Source: Candidatus Micrarchaeota archaeon (GTDB lineage Archaea > B1Sed10-29 > JAJSAI01). From it: a DNA stretch of 17,406 bases. A program made the position numbers and the translations under genes. The stretch lies in NCBI GenBank assembly GCA_964625085.1, contig CAZVAJ010000009.1, positions 1 through 17,406 of the forward strand, in the 5' to 3' direction. Below are positions 7,420 through 15,933 of the stretch, piece after piece. Each line of letters starts with the position of its first letter. Position 1 is the stretch's first letter. The notes under the pieces are model-generated. The model worked only from the letters and a program-made list of their open reading frames with translations, was not told the origin of the DNA and did not search any database.

Positions 7420-7846
7420 CTTTTTCCCTCTTTTTAGGAGTTATCAGCACTTCAGCATAATTTGCTTTCTCAAGCTGGGCTGCTCTGTCAGCAAAGTTAT
7501 ACGCTTCTGTTTCAGGAATGCCTTTATTGACAAGGTACTGCACTGCTTTCAGTTTGGCCAGGGTAAGATCATCCGCGTCCAATATCATTTTTACTGCATT
7601 TGCGTACTCCTTGTTTTCCCTAATCCTCTTTTTGCAGTATGAATAGTTTTTTTTCTGTTTTTGGCTTGCTCTGCCTCTTTCTCTTTCAAGCGATTGCCTC
7701 TTGAATTCCAACGTGGCATCAACCTTTGCATCATGCGCGTCTATCTTGCGCCGTATCTTTTCTTTTTCTGCTTCTGATATCTTTCTTCTATTAAGCCCTC
7801 TCCTAAATTTTTCCAGGTCTCTTTTTCTTTTTGTTATCCATCCCAT
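7412..7846 (-). CDS. Hypothetical basic protein
   Basis: K/R-rich ORF coupled to both neighbours; start at 7846 (MGW) or 7855. No family recognised. Confidence 0.65.
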   Translation of the reverse strand: MGWITKRKRDLEKFRRGLNRRKISEAEKEKIRRKIDAHDAKVDATLEFKRQSLERERGRASQKQKKNYSYCKKRIRENKEYANAVKMILDADDLTLAKLKAVQYLVNKGIPETEAYNFADRAAQLEKANYAEVLITPKKREKGA

Positions 7847-7851
7847 GATGA

Positions 7852-8916
7852 TCACTCTTTCTTCTCTTTCTTTTTTAGCATCTTATCCAGTATTCTGTCT
7901 ATTTCTTCTATGTTTCTTGCTTCCAGGCACATTCTCGTGAACTCTCTGTCCGTGATTCCAGCCCGTGCAGCTTTTGAAGCGAGCAAGAGTCCCTTCAAAT
8001 GAGGGTTCATGAGTGTGTGATCTATCATTCTATTTTCGTCTACCACTTTAAGTAATTTGTCAGGGTACATCATCTTACTCCTCTGAGCTTCGAATATGGT
8101 TATCGTGTAAACGTTTGGGTGCTTTGGTAGTTTTTTCCCACTTTTTTTTATGGTATTGTAGAAGTCTTGATGAATTTTTTCATGCGTGATAATATCTTGG
8201 GCGGATTCGAATTTTACTATTGGTTCTGGCAAATTTTTTATATAAAACACTTGAGGGGTTCCTTCGATACCTTCTTTGTTTAGTTGAATATCCTCTGTTT
8301 CAGTGCAGTAAAAGGTGCCTTTGCCATATCCTGTGGCCCCCAGGGCTAGTGCATGTTCTTCAAGATCGAGTTTCTTTTTGTGTAACTCTTCTTCCAGGTC
8401 CTTAAACTCATACAGCAACTCATTAAGTTCTTTGAAGTATTCTCCCGCCTTACCTTTGAGGGTTATACTTTTGTCTTTAGCTACTCTATTGATTCTTTTT
8501 TCCATTTTTTCTATTCTCTCTAAGATGTCTTCTCCCAGTTTTCCTTCTACTGCTTCTGCTTGGACTTTCCGAGCTTGCATTGCTATCTCTAAAGTCTTTT
8601 TTATTTCAGTCACGTTTGTTGCGGTTACTGGGGCTTGTTCAAGCCCCTCTTTTGCTTTCCTGAGTTCTTCGTGTCTTGCCGTTTTGAGTTTTTCTATGGT
8701 GCTCTGCATGTTCACCCATGGGATTTCATTCACGAGTTCTTTGAGTTCTTCGATCCTCTGATTCCTACGTCTTATGTACTCCTTTAACCTCTTTTCCGTT
8801 TTTTCATCGGTTTTTCCTTCTAGAGATTCCTCAAAAATCTTTTCTCTCTCACGAATGTTTTCTTCTAAGAGCTTCCTTTTCTTCTCTTTCTTCATGATCT
8901 TCTTTTGCTTCGGCAT
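7852..8916 (-). CDS. Hypothetical protein: N-terminal coiled coil, C-terminal HExxH motif
   Basis: 354-aa ORF directly after the pth2 stop; THEKIH at 8170-8187. Confidence 0.7.
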   Translation of the reverse strand: MPKQKKIMKKEKKRKLLEENIREREKIFEESLEGKTDEKTEKRLKEYIRRRNQRIEELKELVNEIPWVNMQSTIEKLKTARHEELRKAKEGLEQAPVTATNVTEIKKTLEIAMQARKVQAEAVEGKLGEDILERIEKMEKRINRVAKDKSITLKGKAGEYFKELNELLYEFKDLEEELHKKKLDLEEHALALGATGYGKGTFYCTETEDIQLNKEGIEGTPQVFYIKNLPEPIVKFESAQDIITHEKIHQDFYNTIKKSGKKLPKHPNVYTITIFEAQRSKMMYPDKLLKVVDENRMIDHTLMNPHLKGLLLASKAARAGITDREFTRMCLEARNIEEIDRILDKMLKKKEKKE

Positions 8917-9261
8917 TTACACCAGCTTGAGTTCTCCTGTGTACTTGTCTAGTTCTTCTTCGTCCCATGGGCCTATGCCCATGCACGTGACTGTTCCAGG
9001 TTCTACAACGGTTCTTCCCGCGTCGGTTATCACGGCCTTTGGGATCTTGTCAGGAATCCTTTCCTTCAGCTCGAACAGTTCCGTCTCGTCAGCCACGTAA
9101 ACCACTATTTTTGCCATCCCTTCCTGCTTCCATTTTTTCCACTTTTCAGGGCACTTTTTCCTGGCCAGTTCAGCAGCAGCTACAGCAGCATGTGCTGCTT
9201 GTGCGGCAAGCTTTCCTTTCGGGAGTTTCAGGTCTTTCCTGACAATGATCACTTGTTTCAT
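8917..9261 (-). CDS. pth2: Peptidyl-tRNA hydrolase 2
   Basis: MKQVIIVRKDLKLPKGKLAAQAAHA, KIVV, ITDAGRT, GTVTCMGIGP, DKYTGELKL. Confidence 0.97.
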   Translation of the reverse strand: MKQVIIVRKDLKLPKGKLAAQAAHAAVAAAELARKKCPEKWKKWKQEGMAKIVVYVADETELFELKERIPDKIPKAVITDAGRTVVEPGTVTCMGIGPWDEEELDKYTGELKLV

Positions 9262-9893
9262 GCTTTCACTTCCAAGCCGTCCAGCAGGAACAATCTTGCT
9301 CTTTCAGGATCATACATCTTTTTTAGGGGCCCTGTGATCCCTTCCTTTATGTTACTCCCTCCTATGATTGGATTGAACGCGGGCATTATTATTAAATTTT
9401 CCTGTTCGATCCACACTTTTTCCACGCTAATGCCTCCAAGAGGGTCCTGGAAGAAAATAGCAGGATGAGAATGAGCAGCTAAGAACGGGCCTTTTTCCCC
9501 TTCAGGAGGCCTGGCATGCCCATGCAACAACCAGTATCCTGAAACCTGTTTTCCCTGAGCTGGAACAATGTTTATGTCAAGCCACCCTTCAACACCGCCA
9601 TCATGATTCCCTTTGAAAAGAGTTACAGGAACAGGAATCTCGTTCACAAAATTCTGCAGGACCTTCCTTTCTTCCCAGCTTGCCCCGTACACGTTATGCT
9701 TTAGATCCCCTAGTATCACAAGCTCCTTTGCCTGTGTTTCTTCGAGTAGCCTGCAGATTTCCTTTATCATAACAGAAGCGTCAGCGCTGACTCTTGCTCC
9801 TTTTATTTCATTCTCTATGCCAATATGCAGGTCTGCAATAATCAAGCTTTTCCCGAGCACGCACGCAGGCTCTCCGAAGACTTTTTTGATCAT
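9258..9893 (-). CDS. Calcineurin-like metallophosphoesterase (COG1407-type)
   Basis: ADLHIG, LGDLKH, KGNHDG, LHGH, AHSHPA, MPAFN motifs; short, lacking the Mre11 capping region. Confidence 0.9.
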   Translation of the reverse strand: MIKKVFGEPACVLGKSLIIADLHIGIENEIKGARVSADASVMIKEICRLLEETQAKELVILGDLKHNVYGASWEERKVLQNFVNEIPVPVTLFKGNHDGGVEGWLDINIVPAQGKQVSGYWLLHGHARPPEGEKGPFLAAHSHPAIFFQDPLGGISVEKVWIEQENLIIMPAFNPIIGGSNIKEGITGPLKKMYDPERARLFLLDGLEVKA

Positions 9894-9965
9894 GATAACA
9901 TTCCGGTGTTTTTACCTAAAAAAGGTTCAGAAACCCTTTTTACCTTCCTGTTCTGATAAAATACG
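9894..9965. promoter_or_regulatory. Divergent promoter region (phosphoesterase unit / nurA unit)
   Basis: AAACCCTTTTTA on the plus strand ~25 nt before the nurA ATG and AACCTTTTTTA on the minus strand ~25 nt before the phosphoesterase ATG; consistent with leaderless mRNAs. Confidence 0.5.
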
Positions 9966-10850
9966 ATGATCGTCCCGGACATTATCAGAATGGTGCAGAA
10001 AGAGCATGAGGGAGCTGCAAGAAAATTAGACCTGAACACTACTACGATTTCACAAGTTCCTTTTTCAGGAACAGTTGCAGGAGTGGACGGTGGGATAAGC
10101 ATTAAAAAAATTCCAGGGGTCACGCTGGTTTTACTCAGGGCCGTTTCCACGGTTATGAAATATGATGCAGGGGAACTGAAAAGAACAGAGTACATTGGCA
10201 TGGGCGAGCCCGTGGTCATCGCAGATGAGCTTGACGTGCCCGGACTTCACAGGCTGAGAAAAGAATCTTCCCGCGCGCTTGAAGCCTGTCAGCGCGCGGA
10301 CATGATCTTGCTGGACGGTTCTCTTGTGCTACAGCCTCAGGACAAGCCAGCGTCCACCGCCCGAAAACTGTACAAGGAAGTCATGGCCAAGTACACTGCA
10401 CTCTATCAAGAATCGCTTGACTCAGGCAAAGTTCTTGCAGGAGTGGTTGAAGACTCAAGAGCAAGCACGCTTACAGGAAAGAACGATACTCTTGTCCTAT
10501 CCTACAAACTAAAACCAGGGGAAATGACAGAATCGTTCGAGTACTCCAAGCACTCAAGAGAACACCCGGTTTTATCAGACCTGCCTGAAGAGCATGCTAA
10601 AAGAATACGTTTCTTTTACTACAGGCCTAATAACGATCTTCCAATAAGAGTGGAGTACTACGATAACGGAAAGTTCAGGCCAGAAGATCTGGCAGCCTGG
10701 TTAACCAGTCTGGCTGTCTCTCCTGACTACGGAATACCTGCACCAATAATAGAAGCAGACCTAAGGGCAAAAATAAAAATAAAAGAAGCAGAAGGATACT
10801 GGGCCAGCATGGGCTTAAAGCCCAGAAGAGAAAGACGGCCTTTCAGGTGA
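9966..10850 (+). CDS. nurA: NurA 5'-3' nuclease
   Basis: AGVDGG, LLDGSL, GVVEDS, PIRVE, YGIPAPIIEADLRAKI motifs; herA lies downstream. Confidence 0.88.
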   Translation: MIVPDIIRMVQKEHEGAARKLDLNTTTISQVPFSGTVAGVDGGISIKKIPGVTLVLLRAVSTVMKYDAGELKRTEYIGMGEPVVIADELDVPGLHRLRKESSRALEACQRADMILLDGSLVLQPQDKPASTARKLYKEVMAKYTALYQESLDSGKVLAGVVEDSRASTLTGKNDTLVLSYKLKPGEMTESFEYSKHSREHPVLSDLPEEHAKRIRFFYYRPNNDLPIRVEYYDNGKFRPEDLAAWLTSLAVSPDYGIPAPIIEADLRAKIKIKEAEGYWASMGLKPRRERRPFR

Positions 10851-10870
10851 TATGAATGATCGGCAGGGTT
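10847..10870 (+). repeat. Diverged direct repeat of the herA RBS and start (second copy 11350-11373)
   Basis: GTGATATGAATGATCGGCAGGGTT versus GTGATTCTTATGATCGGAAGAGTG (17/24 identical, same spacing); both encode MIGRV. Confidence 0.65.
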
Positions 10871-10907
10871 ATTAACCTAAAGAAGCAGAAGAAATATGGT
10901 GTGGACT

Positions 10908-11132
10908 ATGACTGTCTTGACTGCTGTGATACATAAAGAAGAGGGCATGTACGTTGCAGAATGTCCTGAGGTGGGAACAGTCAGCCAGGGAGATACGGTG
11001 GAGACAGCGATTAGGAACCTTAAAGAAGCTACAGAGCTCTATCTTGAAGAATTCCCCTTGTCTGAAGAAAGCCCTGCTTTGCTGACGACATTTGAGGTAC
11101 GTGCAGGGGATGGGCGTGTTGTCAAAACTTAA
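10908..11132 (+). CDS. hicB: HicB-family antitoxin (short form, no obvious DNA-binding domain)
   Basis: TAVIHKEEGMYVAECPEVGTVSQGDTVETAIRNLKEATELYLE; start at 10908 (or 10896). Confidence 0.88.
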   Translation: MTVLTAVIHKEEGMYVAECPEVGTVSQGDTVETAIRNLKEATELYLEEFPLSEESPALLTTFEVRAGDGRVVKT

Positions 11133-11349
11133 GAGTATTTCTGGAGAAAAAGCAGTGAAAGTGCTCTGTAATCATTTTGGCTTTATAATAAGTGGCAGAA
11201 GAGGAAGTCATGTTCGGCTATCTAAAGAAACAGGACAAGAAAAGGTGGGCACAGTGGTTCCCTTGCACAAGTCACTCAAGAAAGGAACACTGCTTGGGAT
11301 TCTCAAGCTCGCGAAGATTGATCCTAAAGAATTTGAAAAATACTTTTGA
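11110..11349 (+). CDS. hicA: HicA-family toxin (mRNA interferase)
   Basis: KSISG..AVKVL...FGF...RRGSHVRL...VVPLHKSLKKGTLLGILKLAKI; catalytic GSH present. Start uncertain (ATG 11110 or TTG 11119). Confidence 0.9.
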   Translation: MGVLSKLKSISGEKAVKVLCNHFGFIISGRRGSHVRLSKETGQEKVGTVVPLHKSLKKGTLLGILKLAKIDPKEFEKYF

Positions 11350-11358
11350 GTGATTCTT

Positions 11359-12822
11359 ATGATCGGAAGAGTGCTATCCTCAGATTCCAGCCCCACAACA
11401 ATGCAATACTACTTTGTTTCTTCCCAGCCAGTGAAAAAGAACATGTTTGTTACAACAGATTCCGGAGAAGGGAAAATAGTGGGCATGATAACAGAAGCAT
11501 ACAAATCAAACAGGTACTACGAGAACCCGGAGGTCATGAAAAGGTCTGGTTCTATTCCTGAAAAACTTCCTGCCCAGGACTGGGAGCTTGAAACAGCAAG
11601 AGTCAAGGTGTACGGGGTGCTCTCGGAAGAAGGCATAAGAAGACCGTTTCAGGCAGTAGCCCCAGGCTCAGTAGTGCGCGCAGCATCCTCAGAAGAGCTG
11701 GAAAAGTTTCTTGGGCTTGATTCAGAAGGCCTGAACCTCGGGGTAATAGAACACCATGACGTGCCCGTGAAAGTAAGCATGAACAAAATGTTCCAAAAGC
11801 ACGTTGCTGTGCTCGCAATGTCAGGAGCAGGGAAATCGTACGCCGTGAGCGTTATGATAGAAGAACTGCTTGACAAGAAGGACGCTAAGCCTGCGGTTGT
11901 TGTTTTGGACGTGCACGGAGAGTACACGGGATTTGCTGAAGATCTTGCATACGCTGGCAGGACAAATGTTTACGAGAACGTGAAGATTCCAGTGCCTAGC
12001 CTGTCTGTTTTTGATTTTGCATTGTTCATGCCAGGAATGTCAGAAGTGCAAAAAAGAGAACTGGCAGGAATTCTAGCAGGCCTGAGGGCAAACCAGTCTT
12101 CAGGAGCAGGGCCTTATGATCTTTCAGACATCATGGACGTTGCCGAGCAGAAAGTAGGGGGTTCCACTGCTAGGGCATTAAACTCTTGGCTGGAACAGCT
12201 CGCAGGTACAGGACTGTTTGACAAAACAGGAAACATCTCAGTTGACGGACTGGCCAGGCCAGGAACACTTAGTGTGATAAACCTTGCGAACGAAACCAAC
12301 CTGTACAAAAAACAGGTTTTGGGTGCATGGGTTTCCAGAAACCTATTCTGGGCAAGAAGAGATGCTAGGATTCCTCCTTTCGTGCTGTTCGTGGAAGAAG
12401 CCCACAACTTTGCGGGAAACGAGTCAAGCAGCATAAGCAGGGGAATAATCGAGACCATTGCTAGGGAAGGCAGGAAATTCGGGGCGAGCCTGTGCCTCGT
12501 GAGCCAGAGGCCAGTTAGACTTAGTACTACTGCACTGTCACAGTGCAACACTCAGCTTATACTGAGGGTGACGAACCCGTACGACTTGAAGCACATAGGG
12601 GAATCAAGCGAGGGAATAGACCAGAGCACTCTGGACAGCATCACAAGCCTCAGGGTCGGAGAAGGCATTCTAGTTGGAGAAGCCGTGAACTTCCCACTGT
12701 TCCTGAAAATAAGGCAAAGGAAATCAAAAGAAGGCCAGCTCGGGAAAGATTTTGAACAAGCTGCCAGAGAATACGAAGAAAAACAGAACAAGAAAAGCCA
12801 GGACGCCAGGGCATTCATGTAA
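11359..12822 (+). CDS. herA: HerA bipolar DNA helicase/ATPase
   Basis: N-terminal HAS barrel, Walker A AMSGAGKS, LDVHGEY, Walker B FVEEAHNF, IAREGRKFG, SQRP, LSQCNTQ. Likely start ATG 11359 after a GAGTGAT RBS. Confidence 0.93.
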   Translation: MIGRVLSSDSSPTTMQYYFVSSQPVKKNMFVTTDSGEGKIVGMITEAYKSNRYYENPEVMKRSGSIPEKLPAQDWELETARVKVYGVLSEEGIRRPFQAVAPGSVVRAASSEELEKFLGLDSEGLNLGVIEHHDVPVKVSMNKMFQKHVAVLAMSGAGKSYAVSVMIEELLDKKDAKPAVVVLDVHGEYTGFAEDLAYAGRTNVYENVKIPVPSLSVFDFALFMPGMSEVQKRELAGILAGLRANQSSGAGPYDLSDIMDVAEQKVGGSTARALNSWLEQLAGTGLFDKTGNISVDGLARPGTLSVINLANETNLYKKQVLGAWVSRNLFWARRDARIPPFVLFVEEAHNFAGNESSSISRGIIETIAREGRKFGASLCLVSQRPVRLSTTALSQCNTQLILRVTNPYDLKHIGESSEGIDQSTLDSITSLRVGEGILVGEAVNFPLFLKIRQRKSKEGQLGKDFEQAAREYEEKQNKKSQDARAFM

Positions 12823-12896
12823 TACTTCGCTCCAGGCCGAACATTTTCGGACTATTCTTATACTTGGATCAGCTAACTCTATCAGGAGGTGGAAGA

Positions 12897-13700
12897 ATGA
12901 TTCAAGCAAAAACAATATTGTACCTGCTGTCAACAGCAGCGGTGATATCAGTGCTTGCACTGGTTATAACACCGGCTCCAAACACTATTGGCATGACTGT
13001 AGAAAATGAAGAACCGCAGGCCAACACATCATCCGCATTTGAGGTTTCTGTCACTGGAACAGGCACAGTATACCTTGATCCTGACAAGGTCGCGGTCACG
13101 CTGGGAGTGGAAACGAACGCTCAGACCGCAGAAGAGGCCCAGCAACAGAACTCTCAGAAAATGAACCAGGTTATGAGCTCTTTGAAAGCGCTTGGGATTC
13201 CTGAGAACCAGATAAAGACAACAACCTACAGGCTGTACGCTGACTATGACTGGACCCAGAATGGGAAGGTTTTCAAAGGGTATAAGGTAATGCACTATGT
13301 CATGGTAACATGCTATGACACGAGCAGGGCAGGAGAAATACTGGACACTGCTTCAGAGAACGGAGCCAACTACATTGGACAGGTGTCTTTCGGGCTTAAG
13401 GATGAAACTCTTGCGCTTGCCAGGCAGCAGGCAATAGAAAAAGCAGTTCAAAACGCGGAAGGAGAGGCCAGTTCTGCTGCAGAAGCCATGGCAGAGGCAA
13501 CCGGAAACACACTCATAAGACTGGATCCCACCAGTTTGAGTGTAGGCTACCAGTACTACACACCATACAGAGGATATCCTGCCGCTGCACCAGAAGGAGT
13601 ACAGGACACTCAACTAGAACCAGGCCAAGTGAGCGTGACGGTCTCTGTCAACGCGGCGTTCAACGCGAGTTTGGGTATTCCAGTAACTGTGTGGAACTAA
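12897..13700 (+). CDS. SIMPL-domain (DUF541) exported protein
   Basis: Hydrophobic signal/anchor; VSVTGTGTV..PDKVAVTLGVET, QIKTT.Y, GANYIGQVSFGL, LEPGQVSVTVSV. ATG at 12897 after GGAGGTGG. Confidence 0.9.
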   Translation: MIQAKTILYLLSTAAVISVLALVITPAPNTIGMTVENEEPQANTSSAFEVSVTGTGTVYLDPDKVAVTLGVETNAQTAEEAQQQNSQKMNQVMSSLKALGIPENQIKTTTYRLYADYDWTQNGKVFKGYKVMHYVMVTCYDTSRAGEILDTASENGANYIGQVSFGLKDETLALARQQAIEKAVQNAEGEASSAAEAMAEATGNTLIRLDPTSLSVGYQYYTPYRGYPAAAPEGVQDTQLEPGQVSVTVSVNAAFNASLGIPVTVWN

Positions 13701-13993
13701 ACCCTTTCTTTTACTTTTTGTTTTAATCTTTTTCATATCCCTAGAACTACATGTTCTCCTCTGACCGAAAAACTGGTCTTGTAATCGCATTCTTCTACCT
13801 GCTTTTGGAAAAATATCTCGGCAGCTCCTGCGCACTTTTTTTGACAAGAAAAAGTTGTTTAAGCTCTCGCTTCCAAAAGCCCCTAAGTTGTGATAAAGAA
13901 GGAAAGTAAAATGTTTTAAAGCATTTGCAACAAAACCCTTTTTAACTTCCTTTTCTCAGCTTGTTCTGGTTGTGATAACAACAGGGGGCTGTT

Positions 13994-14725
13994 ATGTTGG
14001 CATTGCTTGAAGTCGTTGACGTGAACTATTCTTCCGGCAGCAGGCATATCCTAGAAGACGTTAGCCTGCGGGCAGAAGCAGGGGAGATAACGTGTGTTGT
14101 GGGAGTCAACGGCACGGGCAAGTCAACGCTCGCCGCCATGATAATGGGGCTTAACGGTTACAAGCCTTCTTCAGGCAGGATTTTTTTCAAGGGAAAAGAT
14201 ATCACGAATCTTAGTGTTACGGAAAGGGCTAGGAGGGGAATGACTCTTGCCTGGCAGTCACCTGCAGAATTTGAGGGGATAACCGTCAGAGAATACTTAA
14301 GCCTAGGCAAGAAGGATCCTTCTGAACTTTTGAGGAGGGTAGGACTCGATCCCAAGAAATATATTGACAGGCAAGTGGACTCAAGGCTAAGCGGGGGAGA
14401 GCGGAAAAGAATAGAACTTGCATCGGTTATGTCAGTAGAACCGAGTCTTGCTATACTTGACGAGCCTGATTCTGGCATTGACATGGCCAGCATAAATGTC
14501 ATAACAAGTGTCATAAAAGACCTTAGGGAGTCTGGAGCAGGCGTGCTTCTCATAACCCACAGCGAGGCGATGGCCAAGTCTGCGGACAAGGTCGTGTTGA
14601 TGTGCAGGGGAAGAGTGCTAAGGGAGGGCAGTGTTGATGATGTTGTACAATTCTTTTCAGGAAATTGTGTTGAATGCGATCATGTTGGAAAAATAGATGA
14701 GAGGCTTTTGAATGGAAGATCTTGA
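13994..14725 (+). CDS. sufC: SufC-like (SmsC-type) ABC ATPase for Fe-S assembly
   Basis: GVNGTGKST, ERARRGMTLAWQSP, LSGGERKRIE, ILDEPDSGID, ITH; C-terminal FxxxCxxC. Confidence 0.9.
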   Translation: MLALLEVVDVNYSSGSRHILEDVSLRAEAGEITCVVGVNGTGKSTLAAMIMGLNGYKPSSGRIFFKGKDITNLSVTERARRGMTLAWQSPAEFEGITVREYLSLGKKDPSELLRRVGLDPKKYIDRQVDSRLSGGERKRIELASVMSVEPSLAILDEPDSGIDMASINVITSVIKDLRESGAGVLLITHSEAMAKSADKVVLMCRGRVLREGSVDDVVQFFSGNCVECDHVGKIDERLLNGRS

Positions 14726-15644
14726 AAGGATGAAAGAAGCGTACTCAACGGCAGGGGGAAACGAGAGCGCACTTGAAGATCCCAAGGTTGGTAGTATTGT
14801 CATAGATCATAACAGGGTCTTGTCCAAACGAGAGGTTCCAGGGCTCAGGATAGAACACCAGGAGACCACTGACGGGGTTAATGTGAGAGTGACAGTTTCA
14901 GAGGTTCTGAAGAAGCCAGTGCACTTGTGTTTTGGGATGCTGCCGCAAGAAGGCCGGCAAGTCATAGAATCAGAGTTCATAATAAAAGATGGTGCAAAGG
15001 CAGAGTTCATAAGCCATTGCATTTTCCCGAATGCCCAGAAGATAGAACACTTGATGAACTCTAAGGTCATTGTGGGAAAGAACTCGGGTATGACCTACAA
15101 GGAAGAGCACTATCATTCCTCCAAGGGTAATGTTATCACCAAACCGTTCCTCAGGGGTAGGATCCTGGAAGGAGGATCACTGTTCGAAGAATTCAAGCTC
15201 GTGAACGGCATGGTAGGAGAACTGGACATAGACTACGAGGTGGACCAGGAAGCAGGATCAGTATGTGATCTCACGACAAAAGTTTACGGTAGGGACAACG
15301 ACAGGATCGAGATAAGGGAGGCCCTTCACCTTAACGGAGAAAGAGCGTCAGGAACTGCTAACAGTAGAATATTTCTGAGAGACTCTGCCAACGCGTCCGT
15401 GCTCGGAGAGGTTGAAGGCAACGCAGCTCATGCAAGAGGGCACGTGGACTGCCAGGAAATCCTGTACGGTAGTAATGCCAAGGCAAGCTCTACTCCCATG
15501 ATAAGTGTGAGCCATCCTCTCGCGAAGGTGACCCACGAGGCAGCGATAGGCAGGGTTGACAAGAAAGAGCTTGAGACCCTGATGGCAAGAGGGCTTTCAG
15601 AAGACCAGGCTGTTAACATGATAGTCAGAGGGCTTCTGCGCTGA
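14712..15644 (+). CDS. sufB: SufB/SufD-family (SmsB-type) Fe-S scaffold
   Basis: PVHLCFG, ARGHVDCQEI, HPLAKVTHEAAIGRVD...LMARGLSEDQAVNMIVRG; overlaps sufC. Confidence 0.9.
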   Translation: MEDLERMKEAYSTAGGNESALEDPKVGSIVIDHNRVLSKREVPGLRIEHQETTDGVNVRVTVSEVLKKPVHLCFGMLPQEGRQVIESEFIIKDGAKAEFISHCIFPNAQKIEHLMNSKVIVGKNSGMTYKEEHYHSSKGNVITKPFLRGRILEGGSLFEEFKLVNGMVGELDIDYEVDQEAGSVCDLTTKVYGRDNDRIEIREALHLNGERASGTANSRIFLRDSANASVLGEVEGNAAHARGHVDCQEILYGSNAKASSTPMISVSHPLAKVTHEAAIGRVDKKELETLMARGLSEDQAVNMIVRGLLR

Positions 15645-15650
15645 CCTGGG

Positions 15651-15665
15651 AAAACCTTTTAAATA
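15651..15665 (+). promoter_or_regulatory. BRE/TATA promoter for rpo6-rps17e
   Basis: AAAACCTTTTAAATA about 45 nt upstream of the rpo6 start. Confidence 0.5.
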
Positions 15666-15708
15666 CCCCCTCTCCAAAAAAGAATGGTTTTTACCAGAAG
15701 GTGGCTTG

Positions 15709-15933
15709 ATGCTGACTCGTTTTGAGATCGCAAGAGCAATTGGTGTGAGAGTGCTACAGCTCTCAAGAGGAGCGCCTCCGCTAATACGGGTCAAAAAAGA
15801 TGCGACAGCAGCGGACATAGCCAAGGCAGAAATAGAAAAAGGAGCGCTTCCTTTAACGATAATACGAGAATTTCCTAACGGTAAGACCGTTTACTACAAT
15901 CTTAAGGGTGAGATTATTGGGGAAACAGCGTAA
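15709..15933 (+). CDS. rpoK: RNA polymerase subunit Rpo6 (K)
   Basis: LTRFEIARAIGVRVLQLSRGAPPLI...IAKAEI..GALPLTIIRE; start at ATG 15709 or TTG 15706. Confidence 0.93.
   Translation: MLTRFEIARAIGVRVLQLSRGAPPLIRVKKDATAADIAKAEIEKGALPLTIIREFPNGKTVYYNLKGEIIGETA

Noticed and set aside
9258..9893. mre11 next to nurA/herA
   Set aside because: Only 211 aa, with GDLKH, HxHPA and MPAFN motifs of the COG1407 family and no Mre11 capping domain; no rad50 adjacent.
9966..12822. HerA-based anti-phage system (Sir2-HerA, DUF4297-HerA type)
   Set aside because: The partner is a NurA nuclease and HerA has the HAS barrel of the housekeeping repair helicase; no defence effector apart from hicBA.
13614..13847. 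77-aa minus-strand ORF in the SIMPL-sufC gap
   Set aside because: It overlaps the SIMPL 3' end antisense and has no RBS or recognisable motif.
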